DNA of 64,000 bases from a bacterium (lineage in GTDB: Bacteria > Patescibacteriota > Microgenomatia > Levybacterales > UBA12049). Made by a program: the position numbers and the translations under genes. Below the pieces are notes generated by a model. That model searched no databases. It was not told the origin of the DNA and worked only from the letters and a program-made list of their open reading frames with translations. Location: NCBI GenBank assembly GCA_021780675.1, contig JAJXYH010000013.1, positions 593 to 64,592 of the forward strand, given 5' to 3'. Below, piece after piece: positions 41,160 through 53,786 of the stretch; position 1 is the first letter of the stretch; every line of letters begins with the position of its first letter.

Positions 41160-41621
41160 ATGAAGGTATCTGATGTATTTCAAAAGAATATCGGGTACAC
41201 CACTCCAGAATCCACGCTTATAGAGGCGGCAAAATATATTTTTGGTCACGGTCATAAAGGAATACCAGTTGTTAAGAAAAACTCTAAGAAACTAATCGGT
41301 TTTATTACCGAACAGGATATACTATCTCAGCTTTTCCCGCAAGTTCAAAGCTTATTTGAAGATTATATTCATGAAAGGGACTTTGAGGAAATGGAAATGA
41401 ATATAAAACCCATATTAAAAAGAAGGGTTAAGGAGGTCATGACTAGAACAATTATTGCAATTCATGTTGATGAACCGCTTCTTAAAGCTGAGTCTATCAT
41501 GAAATTAAAAGACATATCACGCTTACCTGTTATCGATAGCAAGGGTACGCTTTTGGGAATAATATCAAAAGTAGACATTTTTAGAGCCTTGGTGAGCCAC
41601 AAATTGAGAGGTTTTAAATAA
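41160..41621 (+). CDS. CBS domain pair protein
   Basis: MKVSDV, GIPVV..LIGFITEQD, RLPVID..LLGIISKVD. Start set to ATG 41160. Confidence 0.88.
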   Translation: MKVSDVFQKNIGYTTPESTLIEAAKYIFGHGHKGIPVVKKNSKKLIGFITEQDILSQLFPQVQSLFEDYIHERDFEEMEMNIKPILKRRVKEVMTRTIIAIHVDEPLLKAESIMKLKDISRLPVIDSKGTLLGIISKVDIFRALVSHKLRGFK

Positions 41622-41670
41622 ACTTAATTGACTACTTTATAAATAAGTAAAATTTGATTAAAATAAGAAT

Positions 41671-43611
41671 ATGACTGCCCTAAAAAGAGCTGCGGAAAAT
41701 CCAATTTTAATTCCTAACCCACAAAATGATTGGGAACATGACGGTGCATTTAATGGCTGTGTCGTATACGCCGAAGGAACATACCACATGGTATACAGAG
41801 CCCTTTCTTCTTCTAAAAAAAGGAATGGTGTAAATATGCAGGTTTCATCGGTAGGTTATGCCAAAAGCGATGACGGAGTAATATTTAAAGATCAAAGACT
41901 TTTATTTGGTCCCACAGAAGATTGGGATACTTACGGATGTGAGGATCCTAGAATTACTTATCTAGATGGTAAATTTTATATTTTCTATACTGCTCTTTCT
42001 ACCTATCCATTTTCAGCTTTTGGCATAAAATTGGGAGTTGCAGTCACTAAAGACTTTACGTCTTTTGAAAAACACCCCGTTACCACTTTTAATTCTAAAG
42101 CCATGGCATTATTCCCCGAAAAAATAAATGGTAAATTCGTGGCAATACTTACTAAAGATACAGATCAGCCTCCGGCTAAAATAACCATTGCGGAATTTGA
42201 TAAAGAAGAGGACATTTATTCTGCTGATTATTGGAATAATTGGAAAGAAAAGGTTTACGATCATATTGTTTATTTACTTAGAGATATTCACGATCAAGTA
42301 GAATTAGGTTCTCCACCAATAAAAACAGAAAAGGGCTGGCTAGTAATTTATTCTTATATTAAAAACTATACTTCCAATAATAAAGAATTTAGAATTGAAG
42401 CAGTTCTTTTAGATCCCAACAATCCGCGTAAAGTAATAGGAAGAACTTCCTCTTCACTTTTAAATCCTGAGGAAAAGTATGAACTTGAGGGAAACGTGAC
42501 CAACGTAATTTTTCCATCAGGAGCAATTATTAAGGATGGGAGGCTATTTGTATATTATGGCGCGGCAGACACTGTTTGTGCACTCGCAACTTGTGATTTA
42601 AACCTACTTTTAAATGAGCTTACCACAGAAGAAAAGCCTCAACAAGAAATAAATCCTAAAAAATTTACCAGGTTTGAAGGTAATCCAATTCTATCACCAA
42701 TTATAGAGCTTGATTGGCAAAAAGAAGGGGTTTTTAACCCTGCAGCAATTTATGAAGACGGAAAAGTACATTTAATTTATAGGGCTCAGGGGGGTGATGG
42801 CACTTCTGTTTTTGGATATGCCTCCAGCAAAGACGGCTTTAATATTGACGAAAACCTTGATTACCCTATTTATACTCCTCGTGAAAGTTTTGAAAAAAAG
42901 GCAGATCCAGAAAAAAATAAAAATGGAAACTCAGGTTGTGAAGATCCGAGAATTACTAAAATTAACGATAGGTATTATCTAACCTACACAGCATATGACG
43001 GTAAAAACCCACCACGGATTGCTTTATCATCTATTTCTATCAATGACTTTTTACATAAAAATTGGAATTGGGAAAAACCAAAGCTAATTTCCCCACCGGG
43101 AGTAGACGACAAAGATTCCTGCATTATCCGAAAAGTTAATAGTAATGGTTTTCTTGCATTTCACCGTCTTGGAGATGTTATTTGGATGGATAACTTACGA
43201 GACTTAGATTTTCCGGAAACTAAATACTTATCGGGTGGAATAATTGCTCAGGCAAGGAAAGACAAATGGGATAATGTTAAGATTGGAATCGGAGCTCCAC
43301 CTATTGAAACAGAGCATGGATGGTTACTAATTTACCATGCGGTATCGGACCCCGGTTTTATGTATAAAGTGGGCGCAATAATGCTTGACTATAATGATCC
43401 TAAAAAGATACTTGCACGTACCGATGAGCCAATTTTTGAACCGGAAAAAGAATATGAATTAAACGGAAGAGTCCCTAACGTAGTATTTCCGTGCGGAGCT
43501 GTCGTAATAAATGATCTTTTATATATTTACTATGGTGGAGCAGATACGGTAACAGGCGTTGCAACAATACCACTAAATACCTTGGTTAATGATATACTAT
43601 TAAAAAAGTAG
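41671..43611 (+). CDS. Tandem GH130-type glycosidase/mannoside phosphorylase
   Basis: Two copies of NPIL.P..FN..YRA..GCEDPRIT..YTA..NV.FP.GA..YYG.AD. Confidence 0.88.
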   Translation: MTALKRAAENPILIPNPQNDWEHDGAFNGCVVYAEGTYHMVYRALSSSKKRNGVNMQVSSVGYAKSDDGVIFKDQRLLFGPTEDWDTYGCEDPRITYLDGKFYIFYTALSTYPFSAFGIKLGVAVTKDFTSFEKHPVTTFNSKAMALFPEKINGKFVAILTKDTDQPPAKITIAEFDKEEDIYSADYWNNWKEKVYDHIVYLLRDIHDQVELGSPPIKTEKGWLVIYSYIKNYTSNNKEFRIEAVLLDPNNPRKVIGRTSSSLLNPEEKYELEGNVTNVIFPSGAIIKDGRLFVYYGAADTVCALATCDLNLLLNELTTEEKPQQEINPKKFTRFEGNPILSPIIELDWQKEGVFNPAAIYEDGKVHLIYRAQGGDGTSVFGYASSKDGFNIDENLDYPIYTPRESFEKKADPEKNKNGNSGCEDPRITKINDRYYLTYTAYDGKNPPRIALSSISINDFLHKNWNWEKPKLISPPGVDDKDSCIIRKVNSNGFLAFHRLGDVIWMDNLRDLDFPETKYLSGGIIAQARKDKWDNVKIGIGAPPIETEHGWLLIYHAVSDPGFMYKVGAIMLDYNDPKKILARTDEPIFEPEKEYELNGRVPNVVFPCGAVVINDLLYIYYGGADTVTGVATIPLNTLVNDILLKK

Positions 43612-43656
43612 CTTTAACTTGAGAAGAATAACCATTTCTCCGTATAATTAAACTGT

Positions 43657-44469
43657 ATGTTTAAAAAAATTCTACAACCGCTGATTATTTTTATTACCTT
43701 AATACTAACAGGGGCACTCTTTTTTTCAAATGCAAACGCACAAACTACTTCAAATAATTTTTCTATTACAACCGAAGGTGCCGCAAGCTTAGGTGTTGCC
43801 CAAATTGTTGAACTTGCCCAGAAGGATGTAAAAGATGGAAGTATTGTTTCTTCTTCAAAAGACGGGGTTATTCTTTCAAATACACCTTATGACCCACAAG
43901 TTTTAGGAATTGTTGCAAGAGATGCGGCAATCATATTCTCAACAAGCGATGTCAACAATGGTGTTCCGGTAATTCCCGTTGGGAGAGTTTATGTATTGGT
44001 TTCAACTAAAGACGGTATTATTAAAAAAGGTGATGAAATAACCACCTCAACGATACCGGGTGTTGGTGTAAAAGCCACAAAAGACGGATATGTGCTGGGT
44101 CCTGCTTTAGAAGATTATACTAATACAAAACAGGTTGGAAAAATTGCATTAAATCTTGAACTACATTATTTTAATGCCAAACCCACTTTAGCAGGATCGC
44201 TTTCCGATATTTTTAAATTTGCACTTTTACCTACAAAAGAAGGACCTGCTCCAATTTTTAAATATATAGTTGCAGCGCTGGTTGTTTTAGCATCAGTAAT
44301 CTTTGGTTTCTTAAGCTTTGGAAGAACGGCTGCAAAAGGAGTAGAAGCGTTAGGAAGAAATCCCGCAGCTGGAAGAATTATTCAACTTGGCATTATATTC
44401 AACGTCATTATTGTTATTGCAATAATTATAGCAGGACTTAGTGTTGCCTTTTTAATTCTTAGACTTTGA
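43657..44469 (+). CDS. Exported protein with C-terminal ATP synthase subunit-c-like hairpin
   Basis: Signal peptide (ANA|Q), beta-rich domain, two TM helices joined by AKGVEALGRNP. Confidence 0.7.
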   Translation: MFKKILQPLIIFITLILTGALFFSNANAQTTSNNFSITTEGAASLGVAQIVELAQKDVKDGSIVSSSKDGVILSNTPYDPQVLGIVARDAAIIFSTSDVNNGVPVIPVGRVYVLVSTKDGIIKKGDEITTSTIPGVGVKATKDGYVLGPALEDYTNTKQVGKIALNLELHYFNAKPTLAGSLSDIFKFALLPTKEGPAPIFKYIVAALVVLASVIFGFLSFGRTAAKGVEALGRNPAAGRIIQLGIIFNVIIVIAIIIAGLSVAFLILRL

Positions 44470-45570
44470 TGCAATAAAATTTTCTATTTCCTCCTTAAAT
44501 CTCTCCTTGGAGAATTTTTGCGACTGCTTATTACAATCCATAGGATTAATCTTTAAACTTTCAAATTTTTTAATAGCGGCGGTTAAACTTTCTGTTGTTA
44601 AATCATTAAATAATATTCCGGTTTTATTATCTATTACTGTTTCTTTAACTCCGCCTGATCGATATGCTATTACCGCTGTCCCCACAGACATTGCCTCAAC
44701 CGGCATAATTCCAAAATCTTCATCCTCTGCCGGGAATATAAAAACCTTTGCTTGCTCATATAACTTCCATTTTTCTTCATCGGTTACTTCACCTAAAAAT
44801 TCTACAGTCGGACCAGCTAATCTTTTTAATTCGCTTCCGTATCCTGAGAATTCTCTTCCAAAAACTTTTAGGGGGAAACCCATTTTTGTACATACCAAGA
44901 CCGCCAGATCTACATGTTTGGGTCTTGCAAGCCTTCCACCGGCCAATAGATAATTACCCTTTTTCTGATTTAAATAACCCTCCTTTACTTGCACAGGAGG
45001 ATAAATTATTTTTGGGTCTCGTCTATAAAATTTTTTAATTCTTTTGGAAACTTCTTCTGAATTAGCAATAAAATAGTCGGGAATTTGAGCTGATTTAAAA
45101 TCTAACAAACGGATAAAATGAATGGGTACTAAACCAACTAGATATAACAACTTTCTCCACCAAACACTTTTCCATGGGGCGGCTGTTGAGTAACCATACA
45201 AATACCTGGGGGGCGTATGACAATAACAAAATAATTTAGCATCCTTTTTCTTTTTAACAAAATTTGGACTTGTATAGGTACCTGTTGCAGATGTAATAAT
45301 CACATCATAATCTGAAAGATCCAAAGACTTAAAAACAAATGGCGCAATTAAACGAAAATAACTAAGTAATTTATTTTTAAAAGGGGTGTTTTGAAACCAA
45401 GTAGTCCTAATATCCATTTTATTAAACCTTTCTCTATGCGAACCTAAAAAGGACGGTGAATAAAATGCTGTATATATTGGAGCTTCAGGATAAATTTCCG
45501 ACAGAGTTTCCAAAACTTTTTCTGCTCCGCCGTACTCTTTTATATAATCATGGACTAATGCAACTTTCAT
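44452..45570 (-). CDS. GT4 glycosyltransferase
   Basis: KVALVHD, GGAE, YCHTP, EDFGIMPVEAM. Confidence 0.93.
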   Translation of the reverse strand: MKVALVHDYIKEYGGAEKVLETLSEIYPEAPIYTAFYSPSFLGSHRERFNKMDIRTTWFQNTPFKNKLLSYFRLIAPFVFKSLDLSDYDVIITSATGTYTSPNFVKKKKDAKLFCYCHTPPRYLYGYSTAAPWKSVWWRKLLYLVGLVPIHFIRLLDFKSAQIPDYFIANSEEVSKRIKKFYRRDPKIIYPPVQVKEGYLNQKKGNYLLAGGRLARPKHVDLAVLVCTKMGFPLKVFGREFSGYGSELKRLAGPTVEFLGEVTDEEKWKLYEQAKVFIFPAEDEDFGIMPVEAMSVGTAVIAYRSGGVKETVIDNKTGILFNDLTTESLTAAIKKFESLKINPMDCNKQSQKFSKERFKEEIENFIASKSKN

Positions 45571-46493
45571 AATAAGCTCATCTGATTATCTTCTTTTTTT
45601 TCCTCTTTTTGTTTTTTTATAATAGGCTTTGAATCAAAAACGGACAGTCTTTTTAATAAACTGCTAAACCCAAGTGATTCAAATTGTTTTTTTAAACCAT
45701 TAGCATCAATATTTGAAATTAAACAATCGTTTTCATTTAATTCAACCGGTGCATCGGTAATAATTGTTGCAAGATTTTTTGACATTACAGCTTGCTCTGC
45801 GTCGTTTGCCAGTTTTTCTTGAAGTTGTGGAAGTAACTCCGATATATGTTTATATAAATTTTCTAGACTTTCATATTTGTTTATAAGCTGCGATGCTGTT
45901 TTTGACCCAATGCCTGTTACTCCCGGATAATTATCTGATGAATCACCAGCCAATGCTTTATAGTCTATGATTTGTTTAGGCTTAAGTCCATACTTTTCTT
46001 TTATTTTTGCTTCATCAAAAAGTATCATATTTGTAATACCAACAACGGGTGCTAAAACTAACACATGAGAGTTAACAAGTTGTAATAAATCTCTGTCTCC
46101 CGAAACAATAATTACTTCAAAATTCTTTTCAACACCCTTTTTAGATAATGTGCCAATTAAATCGTCTGCCTCATATCCCTCAACACCAAAATGAACTATC
46201 TGTGCTTCGTCTAATGATTTATGAATAATATCTATTTGAGGTACTAAATCTTCCGACATTTTTGGTCTTTTTGCCTGATACCCAACATAAATTTGCTTCC
46301 TAAAGGTCGGTGCCTTTTTATCAAAGCATACTATTAAATTTTCAGGTTTTAAGCTTTCAATAATTTTAAAAAGCATGGTAAAAAAACCATAAACTGCATT
46401 TGTTGGTTGTCCTTCCTTGTTATTTAACGGGGGCAGTGCGTGATAAGCTCTGTGGATAATTGCATTACCGTCTATAAGAACGAGTTTCTTCAT
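45567..46493 (-). CDS. Stand-alone 5'-3' exonuclease/flap endonuclease (PolA N-terminal domain)
   Basis: LIDGN..HRAYHA, YEADD, SGDRDL, GDSSDNYPGV.GIG; ends with a stop before any polymerase domain. Confidence 0.92.
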   Translation of the reverse strand: MKKLVLIDGNAIIHRAYHALPPLNNKEGQPTNAVYGFFTMLFKIIESLKPENLIVCFDKKAPTFRKQIYVGYQAKRPKMSEDLVPQIDIIHKSLDEAQIVHFGVEGYEADDLIGTLSKKGVEKNFEVIIVSGDRDLLQLVNSHVLVLAPVVGITNMILFDEAKIKEKYGLKPKQIIDYKALAGDSSDNYPGVTGIGSKTASQLINKYESLENLYKHISELLPQLQEKLANDAEQAVMSKNLATIITDAPVELNENDCLISNIDANGLKKQFESLGFSSLLKRLSVFDSKPIIKKQKEEKKEDNQMSLL

Positions 46494-46508
46494 GAAGCTT
46501 ATTATAAC

Positions 46509-47147
46509 TTATTTAAATGAAGATTGTGATAAAAGTTTTCTGTAAACGTAGGCTTCCGCCACCATTGCAAGTGGCACCGTAATAATCAGTCCAATCAAAA
46601 GACACAAAAATCCTAATATATTAATAAGTCCCAATAAAAGCCCTAATAAAAATAAATTCCATTTAACTCCTTTTGTCATTTCCCAGCTTGCCTTTATAGC
46701 ATCAACTGCATCCATTTTTTTATCAACAATCAAGTATTCCGTAAATTGAAGTTTAATTGAAAAGATAATTCCGGGAATTATTAAAAGAATAAAACCAACT
46801 GCAATTATTAATCCTCTAATAAGAGATGCTAACATAAAATTAAATAATTTTGTAATATAATAAAGGTCTTTATATTCAGGTTTTTTCCTATCAACAAACT
46901 TAAGTATAATATTGACAAACCCCATTGATATAATAGAAGTTACGACCCATGAAACAAGAGCTAACATAAAACTTATTAAGGATTGTTTGTCTGCATTTAG
47001 TGTGTGTTGTATAGATGAAGAAATAACTGTAATAACTCCCCAAATTACAAAAAGTCCGATAAAGAATACGATGTTTTCTTTTGCAATTTTAAAACCAAAA
47101 TTTATTGCTTCTTTTTTTGAAAAACTTCGTTTTTGTGAAGTACTCAT
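46509..47147 (-). CDS. Integral membrane protein (DUF975-like)
   Basis: LLIIPGI, AIKASWEMTKG.KW. Confidence 0.75.
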   Translation of the reverse strand: MSTSQKRSFSKKEAINFGFKIAKENIVFFIGLFVIWGVITVISSSIQHTLNADKQSLISFMLALVSWVVTSIISMGFVNIILKFVDRKKPEYKDLYYITKLFNFMLASLIRGLIIAVGFILLIIPGIIFSIKLQFTEYLIVDKKMDAVDAIKASWEMTKGVKWNLFLLGLLLGLINILGFLCLLIGLIITVPLAMVAEAYVYRKLLSQSSFK

Positions 47148-47163
47148 ACATTTATAGTATAAC

Positions 47164-49023
47164 TTACACTTTTACGGTTGCAAGAACTGCTTTTTTGGGG
47201 CCGACAATCCTTTCAAACTCTTCAGATTCAATCGTTTCATTTTTTAATAATTCTTCTGCTAAAACATCCAATTTTGTTTTTAATTTTTTAAGTACTCCGA
47301 TTGCGTTTTCGTATGCATCGTCAGTAATTTTTTTAACTTGTACATCAATCTTAGAGGCCATCTCCGAAGAAACATTAGTTTGCTCGTAAGGATTTCTTCT
47401 GTCTCCATCCAAATTAATAGGCCCAAGTTCACTCATTCCATATTCTACAACCATCGTTCTTGCAACTTCGGTAGCTTTTGCAATATCATCTGACGCTCCT
47501 GTTGTAACTTCTTTAAAAATTAAGCTTTCTGCAGCCCGTCCTCCAAGCATTACCGAAATCTCCTCCAAAAGATGTGTTTTTGTTTCATGTACTCTATCCA
47601 TTGGTTCCATCATTGTATGCCCCAAAGACATTCCCCTTGATACGATTGATATTCTATGCACCGGATCCATATGCGGCATAAACCAAGAAACCAAAGCATG
47701 TCCTGCTTCATGATATGCAGTCATTTTTCTGTCTTCATCCGACTGTAATCTCTTTTTTTCCGGCCCTAGTTTTACTTTAGTTGCTGCTTCTTCCAAGTCC
47801 TTCATATCAATTGATTTCTTGGAAAGTCTTGCTGCTAAAATTGCCGATTCATTAAGCATGTTTTCTAAATCTGCGCCTGAAAAACCTACTGTTCTTTTGG
47901 CAATTTTTTCCCATGAAACGTTACTTGCAAATGGTTTTCCTTTTGCATGGATTGCTAAAATTGCTTCACGGCCTTTAACATCAGGAAATTCTAAAACAAC
48001 CCTTCGATCAAACCTACCGGGCCTTATTAATGCCGGATCTAAAACATCAGGCCTATTAGTTGCGGCAATTACTACTAATTGTTCTGTTGGCGCAAACCCA
48101 TCCATCTCGACCAAAATTTGATTTAATGTTTGCTCTCTTTCATCATGGCCACCCATAAATCCTGTACCGCGTTGTCTTCCGATTGCGTCAACCTCGTCAA
48201 TAAAAATTATTGCAGGCTGTGCTTTTTTGGCGTTGCTAAATAAATCTCTTACCCTTGATGCACCGACTCCAACTAACATTTCCATAAATTCCGATCCCGC
48301 CATTGAAAAAAATGCCACACCTGCCTCACCGGCTGTTGCTCTTGCTAAAAGTGTTTTTCCCGTTCCGCTTGGACCAACCATTAATACTCCTTTTGGAGTC
48401 CTTGCACCCATTGCCTTGTATTTACCCGGGTTTTTCAAAAAATCCACAACTTCTGTTAATTCCTGTTTTGCTTCGTCAACCCCCGCAACATCTGCAAATG
48501 TAGTTCTTGGTGTATCTTTACTAAAAAGCTTTGCAGAAGATTTTCCGAAAGAAAATATGTTATCCTGCGCCCCTCTTGCCTGCCTAAAAATAAACCAGAA
48601 AAACGCAATCATTAAAACAATTGGCAAAACAGATCCTAATATATTTAGCCAGTTATTAAGTGTAGTATCATCTTTTATTACAACACTTGTTTTAGAAAGT
48701 GAAACTCCCGCATTTCTAAATAATTGATAAACATCAGCATTTGTCTCTTTGTAGCTTTCCAGAGTTTCCGTCTTTCCTACCGCATCAATTTTATTTGTGT
48801 ATACATTTATTGTGCTTATTTTCCCACCTTTAACTTCATTTATAAGTGTTGAAAGTGGCACGGTTTTGACATTTTGAAGATTTGTTCCACTTTGAGATCC
48901 TGCGCCAAAAAACAAGAATCCTGTAAAAATTATGAGGAATGCATAAAGAACAATATTTTTCCAGGAAAACTTCATTCTTACTCTTACCTGTTTTAATTTC
49001 TTTGGTTTTTTTATCGTTGCCAT
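47164..49023 (-). CDS. ftsH: ATP-dependent zinc metalloprotease FtsH
   Basis: GPSGTGKT, IFIDE, ATNRPD.LDPAL.RPGRFDR, HEAGH. Start set to ATG 49023. Confidence 0.98.
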   Translation of the reverse strand: MATIKKPKKLKQVRVRMKFSWKNIVLYAFLIIFTGFLFFGAGSQSGTNLQNVKTVPLSTLINEVKGGKISTINVYTNKIDAVGKTETLESYKETNADVYQLFRNAGVSLSKTSVVIKDDTTLNNWLNILGSVLPIVLMIAFFWFIFRQARGAQDNIFSFGKSSAKLFSKDTPRTTFADVAGVDEAKQELTEVVDFLKNPGKYKAMGARTPKGVLMVGPSGTGKTLLARATAGEAGVAFFSMAGSEFMEMLVGVGASRVRDLFSNAKKAQPAIIFIDEVDAIGRQRGTGFMGGHDEREQTLNQILVEMDGFAPTEQLVVIAATNRPDVLDPALIRPGRFDRRVVLEFPDVKGREAILAIHAKGKPFASNVSWEKIAKRTVGFSGADLENMLNESAILAARLSKKSIDMKDLEEAATKVKLGPEKKRLQSDEDRKMTAYHEAGHALVSWFMPHMDPVHRISIVSRGMSLGHTMMEPMDRVHETKTHLLEEISVMLGGRAAESLIFKEVTTGASDDIAKATEVARTMVVEYGMSELGPINLDGDRRNPYEQTNVSSEMASKIDVQVKKITDDAYENAIGVLKKLKTKLDVLAEELLKNETIESEEFERIVGPKKAVLATVKV

Positions 49024-49073
49024 AACCTGGAGATTATAACATAAATCGAAGCTAACTAACAAGGATCCTTAAC

Positions 49074-50048
49074 TTACATCAAGCCTAATTGTTCCTTAGC
49101 TTTGTTTAGTGTTTTCAGTGATTTATTTATGGAATAATCCTTACCTTCATCTAATACTCTTCTTAAATATTTTTCATCACTTCTAATTTGAGTATATTTT
49201 CCCTGTATTTCCTTAAGTTTATCTACAACAAGTTCTGCCAGTAATCCTTTAAACTCTCCATAAGATTTTCCATCCAGCTCATTATATGTAATATCTAATG
49301 ATTGATCTTTAAAAGCGGAGTATATAGCTAATAGATTTGCAATTGCCTCTCCGCCGTTGTCTTTAGAAATTGAGGAATTAGAATCTGTCACAGCTTTTTT
49401 AATCTTTTCTTTAATTTTTTCGACCGTATCCAAAAGATTTATTGTACCCAACGGGTCATTATCGGATTTACTCATTTTTGATAAGGGATTTTGAAGACTC
49501 ATTATTCTTGCCGTATCTTTATGAATAACTGAGTTAGGTAATTTAAAAGTCTGTCCGAATTTTTTATTAAACTTTTCTGCCAAATCTCTGGTAAGTTCTA
49601 TGTGCTGTTTTTGATCTTCGCCAACCGGAACTTCATCTGTTTGATAGAGTAAAATGTCTGATGCCATTAAAACAGGGTAGTCAAAAAGACCAACATTTAC
49701 CTCATGTTTTTCCGACTTTTCCTTAAATTGCGTCATCCTCTCAAGCTGTCCAAACGGGGTAATTGTATTTAAAATCCAGGCAAGTTCCGTATGGTTGGGG
49801 TTTTCCGACTGAATAAAAATTTTTGATTTTCTTGGATCAATTCCGCATGCTAAATAAAGAGCCGCAACCTCTAACACTTTTTCTTTTATTGCTGAAGGAT
49901 TCTGTGGAACAGTTATTGCATGTAAATCTACGACACAAAAAATGCTTTCTGTAAAATCTTGCCCCTTAACCCACTGCGAAATTGCGCCTATATAGTTTCC
50001 AATATGTAAATCTCCGCTTGGCTGAATTCCCGAAAAAACTGTTTTCAT
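49074..50048 (-). CDS. trpS: Tryptophan--tRNA ligase
   Basis: SGIQPSG.LHIGNY, YPVLMASDIL, VPVGEDQ.QH, KMSKS. Confidence 0.98.
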   Translation of the reverse strand: MKTVFSGIQPSGDLHIGNYIGAISQWVKGQDFTESIFCVVDLHAITVPQNPSAIKEKVLEVAALYLACGIDPRKSKIFIQSENPNHTELAWILNTITPFGQLERMTQFKEKSEKHEVNVGLFDYPVLMASDILLYQTDEVPVGEDQKQHIELTRDLAEKFNKKFGQTFKLPNSVIHKDTARIMSLQNPLSKMSKSDNDPLGTINLLDTVEKIKEKIKKAVTDSNSSISKDNGGEAIANLLAIYSAFKDQSLDITYNELDGKSYGEFKGLLAELVVDKLKEIQGKYTQIRSDEKYLRRVLDEGKDYSINKSLKTLNKAKEQLGLM

Positions 50049-50077
50049 ATCAATATCTTAACACAAAATTCTATTCA

Positions 50078-50353
50078 TTATACATTTTTAAAATTCCCCT
50101 TTTGGATTTCCCGTGCACCTCTTGTTACGGTAGCAACACCAACTTGAATAGTTTTTGAAACTTCTTGTTGCGGAATTCCACGTTTTAACATTTTAACTAT
50201 TAAAAGCCTGTTGGATATTTCTTCCAGCTCTTTTGGTGTTAAAATTCCATGCAAGAAAGTATTAATTTCATCTTTTGTTTTTAGTCGTGAAATGAAATTA
50301 ACAAGATCTTCCAAGTTCTTTTCTTTATTATTACTATTTAATAATATTTTCAT
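50078..50353 (-). CDS. trpR: Trp repressor-family regulator (TrpR/YerC)
   Basis: LTPKE...R, QQEVS...VGVATVTRGA; adjacent to trpS with an operator upstream. Confidence 0.85.
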   Translation of the reverse strand: MKILLNSNNKEKNLEDLVNFISRLKTKDEINTFLHGILTPKELEEISNRLLIVKMLKRGIPQQEVSKTIQVGVATVTRGAREIQKGNFKNV

Positions 50354-50402
50354 AAAAAATCTTCCTAAACAATAAAAATTTTATATTTATTATTATTTGT
50401 AC

Positions 50403-50420
50403 ATACTAGTATACTAATAT
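50403..50420 (-). promoter_or_regulatory. TrpR operator overlapping the -10 box of the trpR promoter
   Basis: ATACTAGTATACTAATAT matches GTACTAGTTAACTAGTAC at 13/18; TTGACA at 50436-50431 and TATACT at 50413-50408, 17 nt spacer. Confidence 0.75.
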
Positions 50421-50463
50421 TAATAATAAATGTCAATTCAATATGTAATGGATGTATAAAATG

Positions 50464-52974
<2,511 letters not shown>

Positions 52975-52978
<4 letters not shown>

Positions 52979-53757
52979 AAGAGAGAAATTTTCTCAATTT
53001 TACCACTCTTTGTCAATTTATCAACATGAAACCCTATCGCATTCAAACCCCCTGTTGTATAAAAATTATATCTTGCTTTATTGGAATTAGAAAGAATTTT
53101 ATTGTTATTTAATATTCTTTCAACTTGTCTAACAACAGCTCCTGCTGAATCTAAAATTAAAACATTTGGCAACTTTTTTTTAATTTTTGAATAAATTAAC
53201 GGAAAATGGGAACATCCTAAAGCCAAAACATCAACCTTTTTTTCAATAAATGGCTTTAATTCCTTTTCTAATATTTTATCTATTGATACAAAATCCGGAT
53301 TTTCTATCTTCTCAACTAAATTATCTGAACCGATACTTATAACAGTATTTTCTTTTGCAAATTCATTGATTAATTTTTTTTGATATTTACTTTTTGCCGT
53401 AACCTTTGTTGAAAAAATGCCAATCTTTCCACTTTTTGAATTATTTATTGCTGTTTTTACCACAGGAACTATTCCTACAACCGGCAAATTAGGGTAATAT
53501 TTCCTTAATTTTTCTATTGACGTAACAGTTATTGTATTACAAGCTATTAAAAGTAATTTAATATTTTTGCTAAGTAGATAATCAACCATTTTTTTAGTTA
53601 ATTTATAGATTTCTTCCGCTGATTTTTGTCCATAAGGACAATTTTTAGAATCAGCAATATAAACAATTGATTCTTTAGGAAGTTTTTTTATTAAAACCGA
53701 GGCAATTGATAGGCCACCAATGCCAGAATCTATAATTCCAATTGGCTTATTATTCAT
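52975..53757 (-). CDS. murI: Glutamate racemase
   Basis: DSGIGGL, PYG, IACNT, LGCSHFP. Confidence 0.96.
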
Positions 53758-53786
53758 AAGAAGAATTATAACAGAGGAAAAATGTG

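Noticed and set aside
50354-50400. trp attenuator or leader peptide before trpR
   Set aside because: Very AT-rich, with no Trp-codon leader ORF, T-box or terminator hairpin
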